In this document: piece by piece, positions 1-10,334 of the stretch
How the letters are laid out: the number at the start of each line of letters is the position of its first letter
How positions within the stretch are numbered: position 1 is the first letter of the stretch
Source of the DNA: a virus
Taxonomy: Duplodnaviria > Caudoviricetes
IMG/VR virus record: IMGVR_UViG_3300027977_001210
Location: 1-56,596 of that record
Reading direction: 5' to 3' (one strand)
DNA length: 56,596 bases
The notes under the pieces: model-generated
What the model saw: the letters and a program-made list of their open reading frames with translations, nothing else
Told to the model about the DNA's origin: nothing
Database searches by the model: none
Made by a program: the position numbers and the translations under genes

Positions 1-1723
1 CCCCGTTGACTGCACTACCAGTGGCATTTAATATAATTGTGTTAGCAGGTTGATTTGTATTGCCAGCAGCTGCACCAATTGCTACTGAGTTCGCACCTTG
101 CGAGGTAACACCTACATTAACACCAACGGCCACAGCATTGGCGCCTTGATTTGTTACTCCGGCATTGCCACCGATCGCCACAGCACCACTACCTTGTGAA
201 GTTTGTCCAGCAATGACTCCAATAGCAACTGAATTGGCGCCCTGTGAAGTTTGTCCAGCTAACCTTCCTATAGCTACCGCTTGACTTTGTTGATCCGTTG
301 CTCCAGCATTCTCACCTAGTGCTATTGTAGTTTCTGCTGTTCTCAATGTTGTGGCTTCTATGTTACCATAGACAGTGAATGAGTTGCCATCTATGATCTG
401 TGTGGAATCATCAGCGAACACTGATCCTTTCAAAATGCCAGTGACATTACCAACCACGCTACCAGTAAATGTTCCCGAAACCACTGCTGCTGGAATGATA
501 CCGCTGACAGCATCTACCAACAGTGTGCTGTCATCTGCGAACACTGATCCTCGCAGATCAAACACAGGGTTCACAGTTATAGTAAGAGTATCTGTAGCTG
601 AATTTTTAGCTAATGTAATACCCTGTCCTGACACTATTCTAAACACACCTGCGGTACTGTCAGCTATCAGTCTATCTCCTGAATCACTGTTTACTTCGAT
701 CTGTTGAAAAGCTGGCTGTGCCGGAGCAGTATTGGTGATAGTTACGATACCAGTGGTTATATCAGTTGATACTGCCAAAGAGCCAGATCCCGCCTGCACA
801 TCTATAACACCAGTATTGGTTATTCTTAGATTATCACCGGTACCAGCAGTGATGTTGATACCGGCTCCTGTTGCTCTACCTACAGGCAATCCAGTGACAT
901 TTTGTAGACTGCGTACCCCAGCATTGGTTATTGTGACTACCCCACTAGCTGTGGCAGCAGTGATGCCTAAGCCAGCTGTTACACTCAGTATGCCTGTGTT
1001 TGAGATAGTGATTGAATCTGCACCTGAGCTTACCAGCATGCTAACACCACTGCCACTAATCAAGTTCAAGGTGTCACCGAATGTGGTGGCTTCTACACTA
1101 TTAGCATTATCGACCTGTATGCTTTTGAAAAAAGTTTTTTCTGGATCTATGATCAAACTAGAGCCAACACCAGTTAACGGATTTCCTCCTACTGTGGATC
1201 CAGCCGGTAGATTAACAGTTCCTGCTACTCCTTTGATCTGTGCCGCTCCGGCCCATACACCGTTAAACAGATCAGCATCAGTATATTCTCCAACAAACAC
1301 TCCTTTCCATCTATGAGTGATATCTCCAAGATCCCGTAGATTATCAATTGTGGGTTTTACACTGGTATCTAGACTGGTAAAATCTATCGGAGTTAAAGCA
1401 GATCCTCCACCAACGGTGGCCACTATGATATCAAAATTTTCATTGATCTGGGTAAAGGCATCATTAACATCACTCCATAACAAAGGAGGAGCTCCCGGTG
1501 ATATGTTGTTATTAAATGCAGTAGCAGTGATCAAACTGCTGCCATCTGAAACCACAGTCTGTGATAAATTCACAGTCCATGTGCTGCCCGATCCAGAAAC
1601 GATAAAAGTACCTTGTAATATTCCAGTACCATAGAGTGCGTTCCCTACTGTGATCGTGCCTGACACCACCGAAGTTACAGTAAGAGTAGTTCCTGTGATA
1701 GATCCTAAAAATGTTGCTGCCAT
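1..1723 (-). CDS. Virion structural/tail fibre protein, 3' end outside window (>574 aa; missing from ORF track)
   Basis: ATG at 1723 overlaps the TAA of the upstream gene (TAATG). Manual translation MAATFLGSITGTTLTVTSVVSG... stays open to the window edge. Gly/Thr/Val-rich, two GSVFADDST motifs, 16-aa repeats at the distal end. Confidence 0.85.
   Translation of the reverse strand, partial: MAATFLGSITGTTLTVTSVVSGTITVGNALYGTGILQGTFIVSGSGSTWTVNLSQTVVSDGSSLITATAFNNNISPGAPPLLWSDVNDAFTQINENFDIIVATVGGGSALTPIDFTSLDTSVKPTIDNLRDLGDITHRWKGVFVGEYTDADLFNGVWAGAAQIKGVAGTVNLPAGSTVGGNPLTGVGSSLIIDPEKTFFKSIQVDNANSVEATTFGDTLNLISGSGVSMLVSSGADSITISNTGILSVTAGLGITAATASGVVTITNAGVRSLQNVTGLPVGRATGAGINITAGTGDNLRITNTGVIDVQAGSGSLAVSTDITTGIVTITNTAPAQPAFQQIEVNSDSGDRLIADSTAGVFRIVSGQGITLAKNSATDTLTITVNPVFDLRGSVFADDSTLLVDAVSGIIPAAVVSGTFTGSVVGNVTGILKGSVFADDSTQIIDGNSFTVYGNIEATTLRTAETTIALGENAGATDQQSQAVAIGRLAGQTSQGANSVAIGVIAGQTSQGSGAVAIGGNAGVTNQGANAVAVGVNVGVTSQGANSVAIGAAAGNTNQPANTIILNATGSAVNG
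54..293 (-). repeat. Five 48-bp (16-aa) coding repeats, QGANSVAIGxxAGxTS type, adhesin beta-roll-like
   Basis: Translation QQSQAVAIGRLAGQTS/QGANSVAIGVIAGQTS/QGSGAVAIGGNAGVTN/QGANAVAVGVNVGVTS/QGANSVAIGAAAGNTN; tgtgaagtttgtccagc recurs 48 bp apart. Confidence 0.85.
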
Positions 1724-4700
1724 TATGTTCTCCCTACTGCTATTTCGACCAATCCAATATGATCTGAATCATAGTCTTTGATTGCTTTGCCTACCACGGT
1801 ACCTACTCGGATATCTCCGCTAGCAGCCACAGCCACTCCGGGAATACCTGAAGTTATCAATATGTCACCTTTGCGGATCTTGCCCACTACCTTGCAGGGC
1901 ACACGTCCTTGTAAGGCTATGAGATTTTTCAATCCCGGACAGGCTTCATACATGGTATAAGCCGCAGTGTTTGAAACTACCCCAGCTACTCTTGTATCGC
2001 CTTTTGTGTCTGTGGTGGTGACTTCTTTGTCACCACCAAACACTAACACTGTGCCCACTTCATAGTCTCGATCACCTTCATAGTTTTCTGCCAAGTCTGC
2101 TGCATATGTAGCCTGCATTCTTGATACCCCAGATAACGACCACTGTCCGATAATAGTGCCTGCTGATGTATTACCGCCTGCAGTGAGGGTGGTGGCCGCC
2201 ACGCTGCTGCAAGTGATCGGAGCTAGAGCGCCGCCGCTCTGAGTTTTAAACTCATGAAAATTGTTCCAGTATTGAGTTTTCTTGTCAGCAGATACACTGC
2301 TGTCATTAATAAACATAGCAGCATTAGACGTCCAGCCGTAGTAGCCTACGTATCCGATAAATCCTGCGCCAACACCTTTTACAGCTAATTTGGTATCTCC
2401 AACGGTGCCTGGACCAACATAAAGCTCCCGTATAGATACGTTCCTACCACCGAAATCACCATTTACGTCTCTAGCGATCAGTTCAGAAACTCCTACAGCA
2501 GTAGGTAACCCTGCACTGGAGTTTATAATACTGTAGTCAACGTCTGCTACATTGCTGACACCACTGATACGTTTCAAGAAACCTGCACTGCTATATTGTG
2601 ATTTCTTTATGCCTAATCCTTCATCTATAACAGTACTAAATGCCACGGCACTTGGAGTAGCAGAAACTATTGTTGAATTGCCCACTAGGGTATCTGGAGC
2701 CATTGCTGCCAACTTACTGATTTGGATAGCAGCAGTGGCACTTACATCTGCGTTGACTATGCTGCTAGCTAGATTCAATTTACTATAGGCAATAGCAGCA
2801 GTAGCACTTACATCTGCGTTGACTATACTGCTAGCTAGATTCAATTTACTGTAGCTAACAGCGGCAGCAGCATTTATATCTGCGTCAATGATCGAGCCAG
2901 CTACAATCTGCGCATTGACTGTATTCAATGTAGAATCAACACCAGTAGCAAGATCGAAAGTAATGTCTCCAGTGACTCTTGCGTTTAATATATCGTTGCC
3001 AACTCCCGTGAACAGTAAGACATCTGCCGCCTGAATATTATTCAGCGAAATGCCCTGTATGTTATCTAAAGTCAGACTTTGTAAGTTAACTGCATCACCA
3101 CCTGACACAGGATCGTCTAGATTAATAATTCTGTTGTTGCCTAGATTCATAGCAGCCTTCATGGCTAACACACCATTTAATGCCATGAACCCACCAATAT
3201 TGGCAGGAATAAGTGTTGACAGATCACCAATTCCGGAACCGTCTGCAAGTGTGCCCAGTCTACGTTGAACATGTAGTGCAACAGCATTTTCTGTTGGCAC
3301 TGTGTCAGTTCTCAGTGCAGCCATGCTGGATTCAATCGAGAATTCCGAAACAGTAACTCCTCGTTTGAACCCAATACCGTCTAGATTACTCAGAGCTATC
3401 TGCGCTGCAAAGGTCACGGTACCTGTGCCTTGATCCACCTTGAAGAATGGACCCACTTTGAAATTACCAAATTGATCAGTGGTTACATAAAATACTCTGC
3501 CTACGTCACGTTCTAGTACTTCAGTAGATTCATCAGCAGGGTTTACAGGACCTCCGAAAATCTCGTTAGGGTAATTGGTATCAGCATATGATCCTGTACC
3601 AATTTCCAGCAGGTCGTGCCCAGTAACACGAGTCAGTGCAATACGAATAGTAAGTGTACCCTGTGCTCCGTTAGATCTCGGAGGTACGGCAGATCGTATG
3701 GTGTACATACCTTCGTATGAAATGATACTGGCAACCAATGGTCTGTTTAAGGTTATTCTGCCATAGGGTTGATTGGTTACTGCTTCTGGTTCATACAAGG
3801 TAATTACATATTCCTCACCTAGATATATGAATCTGCTGTTGTTAACTCTGGATGTGTCGCTGGGACCTACTGCCACGACTGCAAAGTTGGAATCGCCCGC
3901 ACGTCCAGATACCAATCCTACTCGAGCATCCACAAATGATCCACCGGTAACTGTTTGTGCAGTTCCGCCTGGAATTTCACTTAGCTGAAAAGCAGTCGCA
4001 GTCAATCCCGGTGCAATAACATGATAATGAATATTTTTACTCAGTCCAGCTGGCAGATCTATTGCAGAAGTTGATGTAGTGAATTTAATCACATTACCAA
4101 CACTAAATCCGTGTGCTGCTGTAGTGTTGATCAATGCAGTTCCTGATGTGTTTATTGAAGAAACTTCAGTGCCAGTCGGCGCTGCGCCGATAAACTCACC
4201 GGGTTGACGTATTGATAAATCTACGTAATCATAATTTTCTCGAAGATCGGTCTTGGTTAATCCTACCATGGCATAACTATGAACGCCACTGCCAGCTGTG
4301 CCCGTGTTAATTACATTGCCGTTTTTAGTTAACGATATTGAAAATTGGGTATCAGTTAGACCAGTACTAACAACATAATAGGTCTCTGGGGTGATAAGAC
4401 CCAGAGGTAATGTGCCTGTGGTAGTAATTGTTATGGTGTAATTTTCTAACAGTTTGTGGGTCTTGATGCCTTTGATAGTTAATGCAGTACCATCAACTAG
4501 AGTAAACACACTGCCACCTAATGTGGCACTTACAGTAAATTGATTATATTCAGGAACACTTATAATAAAGTAAGTGGTACCGCTGATAAAGTTGTTGGCC
4601 GTTGAAGTTGGTATAAACTTATCACCAATTTTTAGTTTATGATTCTGTGATGTTGTACAAACGTTTGTGGCGATATCAGTAACAGTTGCCAAGACCTGCA

Positions 4701-7700
4701 ACACAGCTGGAGAGGCATTACTAATAACAACTTCATATGGACCATTGAGGTCTGTATATGCTATAAATTCCAAAACACGATAGACAGTGTTGGCAGTTTC
4801 ACGTAGTTTCAGACCAGTCGATGGTCTTACAGCTACATCTTCAAGACTACCAGTTAATATAATCTGAGCCTTAGATCTCAGAGTCATCACAGTGTTATCG
4901 GGAACTACAGCTTCAAGGCCACCAGTTTGTGTAGTTACACCTTCCCCAAGATTTAGTCTTACTACTCCGGATGGATAGGTCTCTGATGTAGTGACAGCGG
5001 TGATAGGATATCGAAATACAGTAGGAAGTCCAGCAATTACATGTATAATTTCTAATTCACTAGAGTTTAATGGTATGTAGTCGTAGCCATCTACATAGAT
5101 AAACAATCCGTTCGCGGTATTAGCGAATCCCGCACTAGGAAAAAAGCATCGAACTTTCTGTGCAAGATCTTCAAAAACATCCGTAGGAGTTGGAATTTCT
5201 AAAGGATCAGCACCTTCTGCTACCAAGGCATAGATACCGTGAGCACTAGAGCCTGCGACTGAGCGTATCTGTCCACCGTTGATAGAATAATATGATGTAT
5301 AACAGTAATAAGTGAATATAGACACAGCTTCGATCAAACCACCATTTGTGGTTACTATTCCATAGCCCATATCGTTGATCTGTGTGTAGTCGTTGCCCAG
5401 CATGGATCTATTACCAGGCATTAGCAATTCATAGGTTCTTTGATAGCTGATAGTACCAGATCCGGGTGCAGTCACATTAACCGCAGTGATTGAGCCAAAG
5501 GTGCCTGTGATCTTGAAAGTGTTGTTACTTAATCCATCTGCCAGCACATAGTATTCTATACCAGCTGAGATTCCTGTGGGCAAAGATACTGTGCTGGAAA
5601 ATTGTAGTATAGCACCAGCCTGTAATCTATGATCTACTCTCGTAACCACAGCAGGAGACGCTGTGCTAATGGTACAGGTCTGAGAACCAGCAGTAACCAA
5701 GAAAGGCGAGCCATCGTCGACCACAAAAGTGGCTGAGCTGCCTGTTGTTGAATATACATAGTCTCGAACATAGTTTACTCTGAACACTGTGTCGTTGACC
5801 AAGAAACTGGCGGGCAGTTGAGGTAATCGATCCAGTCCGGTAACATTTAGTCTAGTACCTGTGACAATATCTACACCAGTTGTAGTAGAGGCATGTTTGA
5901 ATTGAAGGTTGCCTACGAATCCATCTACAAACATACCACCGGCAAATGTTTGAGCATTTATGCTCTTTGAGAATGATGCGCATTCTTGAGCATATGGAGA
6001 TTTAGCTAGTATCTGTCCAGCAGGATCAAGGGTTAACATGAACCCGCCGTGACCCTGTGCTGTAATAGCCTGCCAGCGCACCGCATCATTGGCTAGGAAC
6101 ACATCTAGTTGATCATTTTCTTTGGGATAGTTTACGCTACCGCTACCATCCATGACATCTTTTAGTGCTGCAATCAATGCGCTAACCACTGTGATCGATC
6201 CTGGTTCTGGGGAATAGGCAAGATCGATTATCTGCAGATATGCTGTTTGACTGGGAACAACAGCAGCATTAGATAGAACATTACCTATCAAGAAGTCCAA
6301 TCTAGTAATTGCCGCAAGTGTCTGTGACAATTGTGCGCCAATTGCGATCAGTCCGCTGGCACTTTGATAGTATTTCAATCCCGCAGATATAGTTCGATTA
6401 TATTCACTGTATCTAAGATCAAAAGTCAAGGCATCAATTATCAATCCAAGATCACGTTTACACAGTAGAGAATTATAAACGAATGTGCTGGTAAATGGTG
6501 CTATATTAGCTGATATCTGAGTATCAATCCATGCTATAACTTCATTCTGTAAAAACTCTCTGTTAAGATCAATCAACTCCGCGGCTGCACGATATCCGCC
6601 TTTGTTATCAACCTTGGGATATACTGGCTGAGAACTGTTCTGTAGATAGTGATAGCCATAGAGATTACTAGCCACAGTCAACCCATCTATGGTTATGTCT
6701 CTACGGAATTTGTTAAAAGCCCATGGGCTGGAACTGGTGCCTACTCTAGGTCTGATGATACAGCGTCTAAACTCATCTCCGACTATGGAAGTATTCTGAG
6801 GAACTTTTAATGGATAGTTTTCTTCGTAGATTCCGCTTTCTAAATTAATGGTAATGTGTATACGTTTACTAACGTCACCAAAGGAAATATTTTCTCCTAA
6901 TTCAAAATTACCATATTTGATATCAACATCAAATATTTCGTTACCTGAACTATCTAGAGCTCCTGAATGAGCCAATATCTGGGCCAAGGCCCCTGATGTT
7001 TCTCCAAACAAATACAGTCCTTCACGAATGTCTCTACCACGCAACGCCTCAGCAGTGTTGGTTAACACATCTCCGGTCGAATCAGTTCGATATCCATCGG
7101 TTCGAATTAGAAATCTTGGAAGATTTACCAACAGAGAGGGTATCGAAGTAAATCCTGTGCCACCGTCAGTGATAGATATATTAGTAATCACTCCAGCAGT
7201 AACCACCGCGAATCCAAAGGCTCCCACGCCTCCACCACCTGTAGCCCTAACGCTAACCAACCCATAACCTGTACCACCAGAAGTTATTGCGACTGAACTT
7301 ACCTTGTAAGTGATATTAAATGACGCAAGAACTCCAATAGGACCTACACCAACAGGTGCCGCAGAAGTAGTAATAGTTGTGGCCACTGCAGTGGCACCGG
7401 GTAATGTAGCGTACCCACCTGCAGAAATGATTCTAAATGTAGATATACCTCCCGGTGTTGTAATTGTAGTCAACACTTCTATTGTAGCTATGCTAGTTCC
7501 AGCGCCGCCGACTAGGCTTAATATATCTCCTGGATAGTAATTGACTCCGATGCTGTTTAAGGTCAATGTGCTTACAGCCATTCTCAGGGTACCTGCAAAC
7601 CCACTACCAGAACTAGGAGCAGCATTATCCTTATCTATCAAGGTACACTTAGAAACACCGTTATTGTATGTTAGTACTTTTCTGTAAGGACCGATTTCTT

Positions 7701-8484
7701 CACGTGCTTCTAATACCAATTCTTCTGCACGTTTCAGTGCAGCTTCTAGGGTCCTATAGGCATAGGCGAGAGCACGTCCCTGCAGAGCCTTTGAGGTTCC
7801 TGGTCTGTCGTCACTGCCGCTCAACGCCACATATAAATTTGATACACTGCCAAATGCCGAAGAATCTACATATTGTTTAGTTGCTGCGATTAATCCACCA
7901 TATGTAACATCATCATCAGGTTCAGGACTACGCGACAGAACTAATGGTCCACTCATGGTGCCAAATGATCCGTCTACTAGACCTGTTTCGGGGTTGATGG
8001 CTGAGGTGCCTGCACGAGCTATCTTGGAATCTGTATAGGCTTTATTGACTAATTCATGTTTGAAGATCGGAGTTAACGGTGATATTGTTGTTCCAGCATC
8101 TATGATTCTATACTGATTGCCGCCTGATCGCAGAGACAGATTTCCACCAAGCTGTGGAGCAGTGTCGCCTACTATTGCTGAGAAATCCGAACTTAAAATA
8201 ATTTCATTTGGGTTAGAGGCAAAGTCTAGACTAATACCTATTCCTGGAGATAGTTTTTTAAAAGCAAGTCCAGTTTCAGTGCTGTTTACTACTACAAATT
8301 CATTTTCTTGTCCTACATAAGTAGAGGGTGTATCATCTAAACCAATAAAGGTAAGATTTTCACCTAGTCCAAGCGAACTGTAGAGTTCACGAAAGTTGTC
8401 GTTGACCTTGCGGAACGAATCTCTTATGCTATCACCAGTGCCATCATTGCCGATAGCACCAATATCAATTGTCTTTCTTGCCAT
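1723..8484 (-). CDS. Giant (2253 aa) baseplate/tail-associated structural protein
   Basis: N-terminal IGAIGNDGTGDSIRDSFRKVNDNF motif like T4 gp9/gp10-type baseplate proteins; beta-rich middle; C-terminal YAADLAENY...GRVPCKVVG...VVGKA resembling an intramolecular-chaperone/peptidase G2 domain. Confidence 0.8.
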   Translation of the reverse strand: MARKTIDIGAIGNDGTGDSIRDSFRKVNDNFRELYSSLGLGENLTFIGLDDTPSTYVGQENEFVVVNSTETGLAFKKLSPGIGISLDFASNPNEIILSSDFSAIVGDTAPQLGGNLSLRSGGNQYRIIDAGTTISPLTPIFKHELVNKAYTDSKIARAGTSAINPETGLVDGSFGTMSGPLVLSRSPEPDDDVTYGGLIAATKQYVDSSAFGSVSNLYVALSGSDDRPGTSKALQGRALAYAYRTLEAALKRAEELVLEAREEIGPYRKVLTYNNGVSKCTLIDKDNAAPSSGSGFAGTLRMAVSTLTLNSIGVNYYPGDILSLVGGAGTSIATIEVLTTITTPGGISTFRIISAGGYATLPGATAVATTITTSAAPVGVGPIGVLASFNITYKVSSVAITSGGTGYGLVSVRATGGGGVGAFGFAVVTAGVITNISITDGGTGFTSIPSLLVNLPRFLIRTDGYRTDSTGDVLTNTAEALRGRDIREGLYLFGETSGALAQILAHSGALDSSGNEIFDVDIKYGNFELGENISFGDVSKRIHITINLESGIYEENYPLKVPQNTSIVGDEFRRCIIRPRVGTSSSPWAFNKFRRDITIDGLTVASNLYGYHYLQNSSQPVYPKVDNKGGYRAAAELIDLNREFLQNEVIAWIDTQISANIAPFTSTFVYNSLLCKRDLGLIIDALTFDLRYSEYNRTISAGLKYYQSASGLIAIGAQLSQTLAAITRLDFLIGNVLSNAAVVPSQTAYLQIIDLAYSPEPGSITVVSALIAALKDVMDGSGSVNYPKENDQLDVFLANDAVRWQAITAQGHGGFMLTLDPAGQILAKSPYAQECASFSKSINAQTFAGGMFVDGFVGNLQFKHASTTTGVDIVTGTRLNVTGLDRLPQLPASFLVNDTVFRVNYVRDYVYSTTGSSATFVVDDGSPFLVTAGSQTCTISTASPAVVTRVDHRLQAGAILQFSSTVSLPTGISAGIEYYVLADGLSNNTFKITGTFGSITAVNVTAPGSGTISYQRTYELLMPGNRSMLGNDYTQINDMGYGIVTTNGGLIEAVSIFTYYCYTSYYSINGGQIRSVAGSSAHGIYALVAEGADPLEIPTPTDVFEDLAQKVRCFFPSAGFANTANGLFIYVDGYDYIPLNSSELEIIHVIAGLPTVFRYPITAVTTSETYPSGVVRLNLGEGVTTQTGGLEAVVPDNTVMTLRSKAQIILTGSLEDVAVRPSTGLKLRETANTVYRVLEFIAYTDLNGPYEVVISNASPAVLQVLATVTDIATNVCTTSQNHKLKIGDKFIPTSTANNFISGTTYFIISVPEYNQFTVSATLGGSVFTLVDGTALTIKGIKTHKLLENYTITITTTGTLPLGLITPETYYVVSTGLTDTQFSISLTKNGNVINTGTAGSGVHSYAMVGLTKTDLRENYDYVDLSIRQPGEFIGAAPTGTEVSSINTSGTALINTTAAHGFSVGNVIKFTTSTSAIDLPAGLSKNIHYHVIAPGLTATAFQLSEIPGGTAQTVTGGSFVDARVGLVSGRAGDSNFAVVAVGPSDTSRVNNSRFIYLGEEYVITLYEPEAVTNQPYGRITLNRPLVASIISYEGMYTIRSAVPPRSNGAQGTLTIRIALTRVTGHDLLEIGTGSYADTNYPNEIFGGPVNPADESTEVLERDVGRVFYVTTDQFGNFKVGPFFKVDQGTGTVTFAAQIALSNLDGIGFKRGVTVSEFSIESSMAALRTDTVPTENAVALHVQRRLGTLADGSGIGDLSTLIPANIGGFMALNGVLAMKAAMNLGNNRIINLDDPVSGGDAVNLQSLTLDNIQGISLNNIQAADVLLFTGVGNDILNARVTGDITFDLATGVDSTLNTVNAQIVAGSIIDADINAAAAVSYSKLNLASSIVNADVSATAAIAYSKLNLASSIVNADVSATAAIQISKLAAMAPDTLVGNSTIVSATPSAVAFSTVIDEGLGIKKSQYSSAGFLKRISGVSNVADVDYSIINSSAGLPTAVGVSELIARDVNGDFGGRNVSIRELYVGPGTVGDTKLAVKGVGAGFIGYVGYYGWTSNAAMFINDSSVSADKKTQYWNNFHEFKTQSGGALAPITCSSVAATTLTAGGNTSAGTIIGQWSLSGVSRMQATYAADLAENYEGDRDYEVGTVLVFGGDKEVTTTDTKGDTRVAGVVSNTAAYTMYEACPGLKNLIALQGRVPCKVVGKIRKGDILITSGIPGVAVAASGDIRVGTVVGKAIKDYDSDHIGLVEIAVGRT
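2726..2850 (-). repeat. Near-perfect 66-bp tandem duplication (YSKLNLASSIVNADVSATAAI x2)
   Basis: 2726-2784 and 2792-2850 are nearly identical at nucleotide level. Confidence 0.9.
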
Positions 8485-8515
8485 AGTTTTTCCTAGGATT
8501 AGCAGTTGCTGAGTG

Positions 8516-8551
8516 TATTTAGCCCAAAGTTTTATAAGCCTAATGTAAATA
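8516..8551. promoter_or_regulatory. Divergent pair of T4-late-like TAAATA motifs
   Basis: tattta at 8516-8521 faces the 2253-aa gene; taaata at 8546-8551 lies 4 nt before ATG 8556. Confidence 0.6.
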
Positions 8552-8555
8552 CACG

Positions 8556-8843
8556 ATGTTCATCAAAACAGAAATCCAACAGAATCATTATATTAGACTC
8601 AGTAAACTAGGACATCGGCATGAATACGTGAGAAACAAAATAGCAGTGATTTTGAGATGTGACAGCTGCGATAGAGAATTTGTTCGAGATCTCAAACACA
8701 TAGATAAGAAGCGTCTCAGCAACAATTATTTTCATTGTTGCAGCGAATGTGACGCTAAAAGATTTGCTCAGAGAATAGGAGTAGAGCAGAAAATGATCTG
8801 GGATATGCCCGCAAGCACTACCTTGCCCGTAGGCAAGTACTAA
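8556..8843 (+). CDS. Small putative Zn-binding protein
   Basis: CDSC and HCCSEC motifs; 95 aa. Confidence 0.65.
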   Translation: MFIKTEIQQNHYIRLSKLGHRHEYVRNKIAVILRCDSCDREFVRDLKHIDKKRLSNNYFHCCSECDAKRFAQRIGVEQKMIWDMPASTTLPVGKY

Positions 8844-8866
8844 ATATTAATCCAAGGAGAATTCAT

Positions 8867-9124
8867 ATGTTAGGATTATTGAAGAAAATGTTTGGGATCA
8901 AACCAGCAGAATCTGCTGCAGAAACTGTTGCAGAAGCACCTTATAAGGTAGAATCGTCGGTGGTTAGTTCGGCAGAAACTGTGCAAACACAGGTTCCTAA
9001 CGAAACTACTGCTACAAAGGCCAAGGTACAATCAGCAACACCTGCAAAGCCAAAAGCAGGCAAACCGGTTGTTGCAAAAGCCCCATCAGCTCCCAAAAAG
9101 CCTCGTGCTACTAAAATAAAATAA
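8867..9124 (+). CDS. Small Lys/Ala/Pro-rich hypothetical protein
   Basis: AAGGAG Shine-Dalgarno, TAAATA at 8841-8846, basic low-complexity tail. Confidence 0.7.
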   Translation: MLGLLKKMFGIKPAESAAETVAEAPYKVESSVVSSAETVQTQVPNETTATKAKVQSATPAKPKAGKPVVAKAPSAPKKPRATKIK

Positions 9125-9394
9125 TTAATCGAATCGTTTCAATTGTTCGAGATACTGGGTGTATTCGCCCAGTATCTTTTCTTTTTTCTTTTCGATAGAT
9201 TCAGAGGTTGGAAGTAATTCCAATTCTTCTAGTTTTTCTCTCTGAGTTTCAATTCTAAATATTAGTTGCTCTCGAGATAGCTTCTGGCTTGATTGTACAG
9301 TTCCATGCTGGCGAGATTTTTTCCCTTGCTCTCGCACATGATGTCGAACTGGTTTAGAAAAGTTATTGCCCATTCGTTTGTTTTTTGATTCCAA
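9125..9394 (-). CDS. Possible small coiled-coil protein (start uncertain)
   Basis: Fills the gap 9125-9261 with a plausible helical C-terminus, but overlaps the UV endonuclease gene by 133 bp. Confidence 0.35.
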   Translation of the reverse strand: MESKNKRMGNNFSKPVRHHVREQGKKSRQHGTVQSSQKLSREQLIFRIETQREKLEELELLPTSESIEKKKEKILGEYTQYLEQLKRFD

Positions 9395-10299
9395 TAAAAT
9401 CCACTGTGTGCTCTCAGTTTTTGTTTCTTGTAGCCCTGTGTTAAGAGGGTCGAAAGATCGGGACGGATGTGTCCGGGATGGTCAATAAGGCAGTCTTCCC
9501 GTGAAACACTATAATGTATAACAGGACGAACACCACGCCAGCTATCAATAATCCTTTTAACACGGTCGTCATTTGCTTCAATATATTCTCCTGAGTTAAT
9601 CCAATGATGGTGAATGTCTAGTACTAAGGCACAGTCTTTGGCTAGTTCTAAACTATGATCAATGCCCCAGGTCATTTCGTCGTTTTCAATAGTTAGACAG
9701 TTACGAGCTTCGGGAGTCATCCGTGCCAAAGCACTACGGATACCGCTGGGACCTTGTCGACCTCCAATATGTACATTAATTTTAAAATCTTGGAAAGTTT
9801 TGCCATAGCCCATCCAGCGAGCCATGTCCACATGATATTCAAATTCTTCTATTGATCGATTTACAATATCCGGATTAACGCTAGCCAACACAGTGAACTG
9901 ACCAGGATGAAAACTAAGCCGAACACGATTCTCACGGGCCAGTTGACCCACTCGGCAAAAATTTCTTTCGGCATAGTCCCTAACATCGGGCTGCCGCCAA
10001 AACCACTTCCAACTAGGCTCAGTGTATACAGGCAGTATATCACTTGAGAGTCGTACCATTCTAAGATCTTCATCCAGCGTTCCTACCCTTGCTACCAATT
10101 TGTAGCAGGCTTCTATATTTCGTTTCATCAAATCCCAAAGTCGCTGTTCTGCTTCTTGAGGATGTTCACGCAACCATCTAACTGTGGTAGCGCCTGTATT
10201 TAAGTCACGGTCTTTGGCATTAATCTTCATGCCATTGACTTCTTCAGGATCATTGATCCATTTGCAGGCAAAGCCTAGACGTCCGTGTGTAGTGTTCAT
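9262..10299 (-). CDS. uvsE: UV damage endonuclease (UvdE/UvsE family)
   Basis: RLGFAC, RLSSD, RLSFHPGQF, INVHIGG, LTIEND, LDIHHH, RAHS and DIMCESK motifs. Confidence 0.92.
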   Translation of the reverse strand: MNTTHGRLGFACKWINDPEEVNGMKINAKDRDLNTGATTVRWLREHPQEAEQRLWDLMKRNIEACYKLVARVGTLDEDLRMVRLSSDILPVYTEPSWKWFWRQPDVRDYAERNFCRVGQLARENRVRLSFHPGQFTVLASVNPDIVNRSIEEFEYHVDMARWMGYGKTFQDFKINVHIGGRQGPSGIRSALARMTPEARNCLTIENDEMTWGIDHSLELAKDCALVLDIHHHWINSGEYIEANDDRVKRIIDSWRGVRPVIHYSVSREDCLIDHPGHIRPDLSTLLTQGYKKQKLRAHSGFYWNQKTNEWAITFLNQFDIMCESKGKNLASMELYNQARSYLESN

Positions 10300-10305
10300 A
10301 CTACT

Positions 10306-10334
10306 AGTATAACATCATCACTGCCAGTTGTCAA
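10306..10334 (-). promoter_or_regulatory. sigma70 promoter of uvsE, probably leaderless transcript
   Basis: TTGACA-17 nt-TATACT with TG extension; ATG 6 nt downstream of the -10; no Shine-Dalgarno. Confidence 0.8.

Noticed and set aside
375-8320. Plus-strand ORFs of 60-194 aa (375, 732, 1317, 2552, 7028 and others)
   Set aside because: Antisense shadows of the two long minus-strand structural genes; no RBS or motifs.
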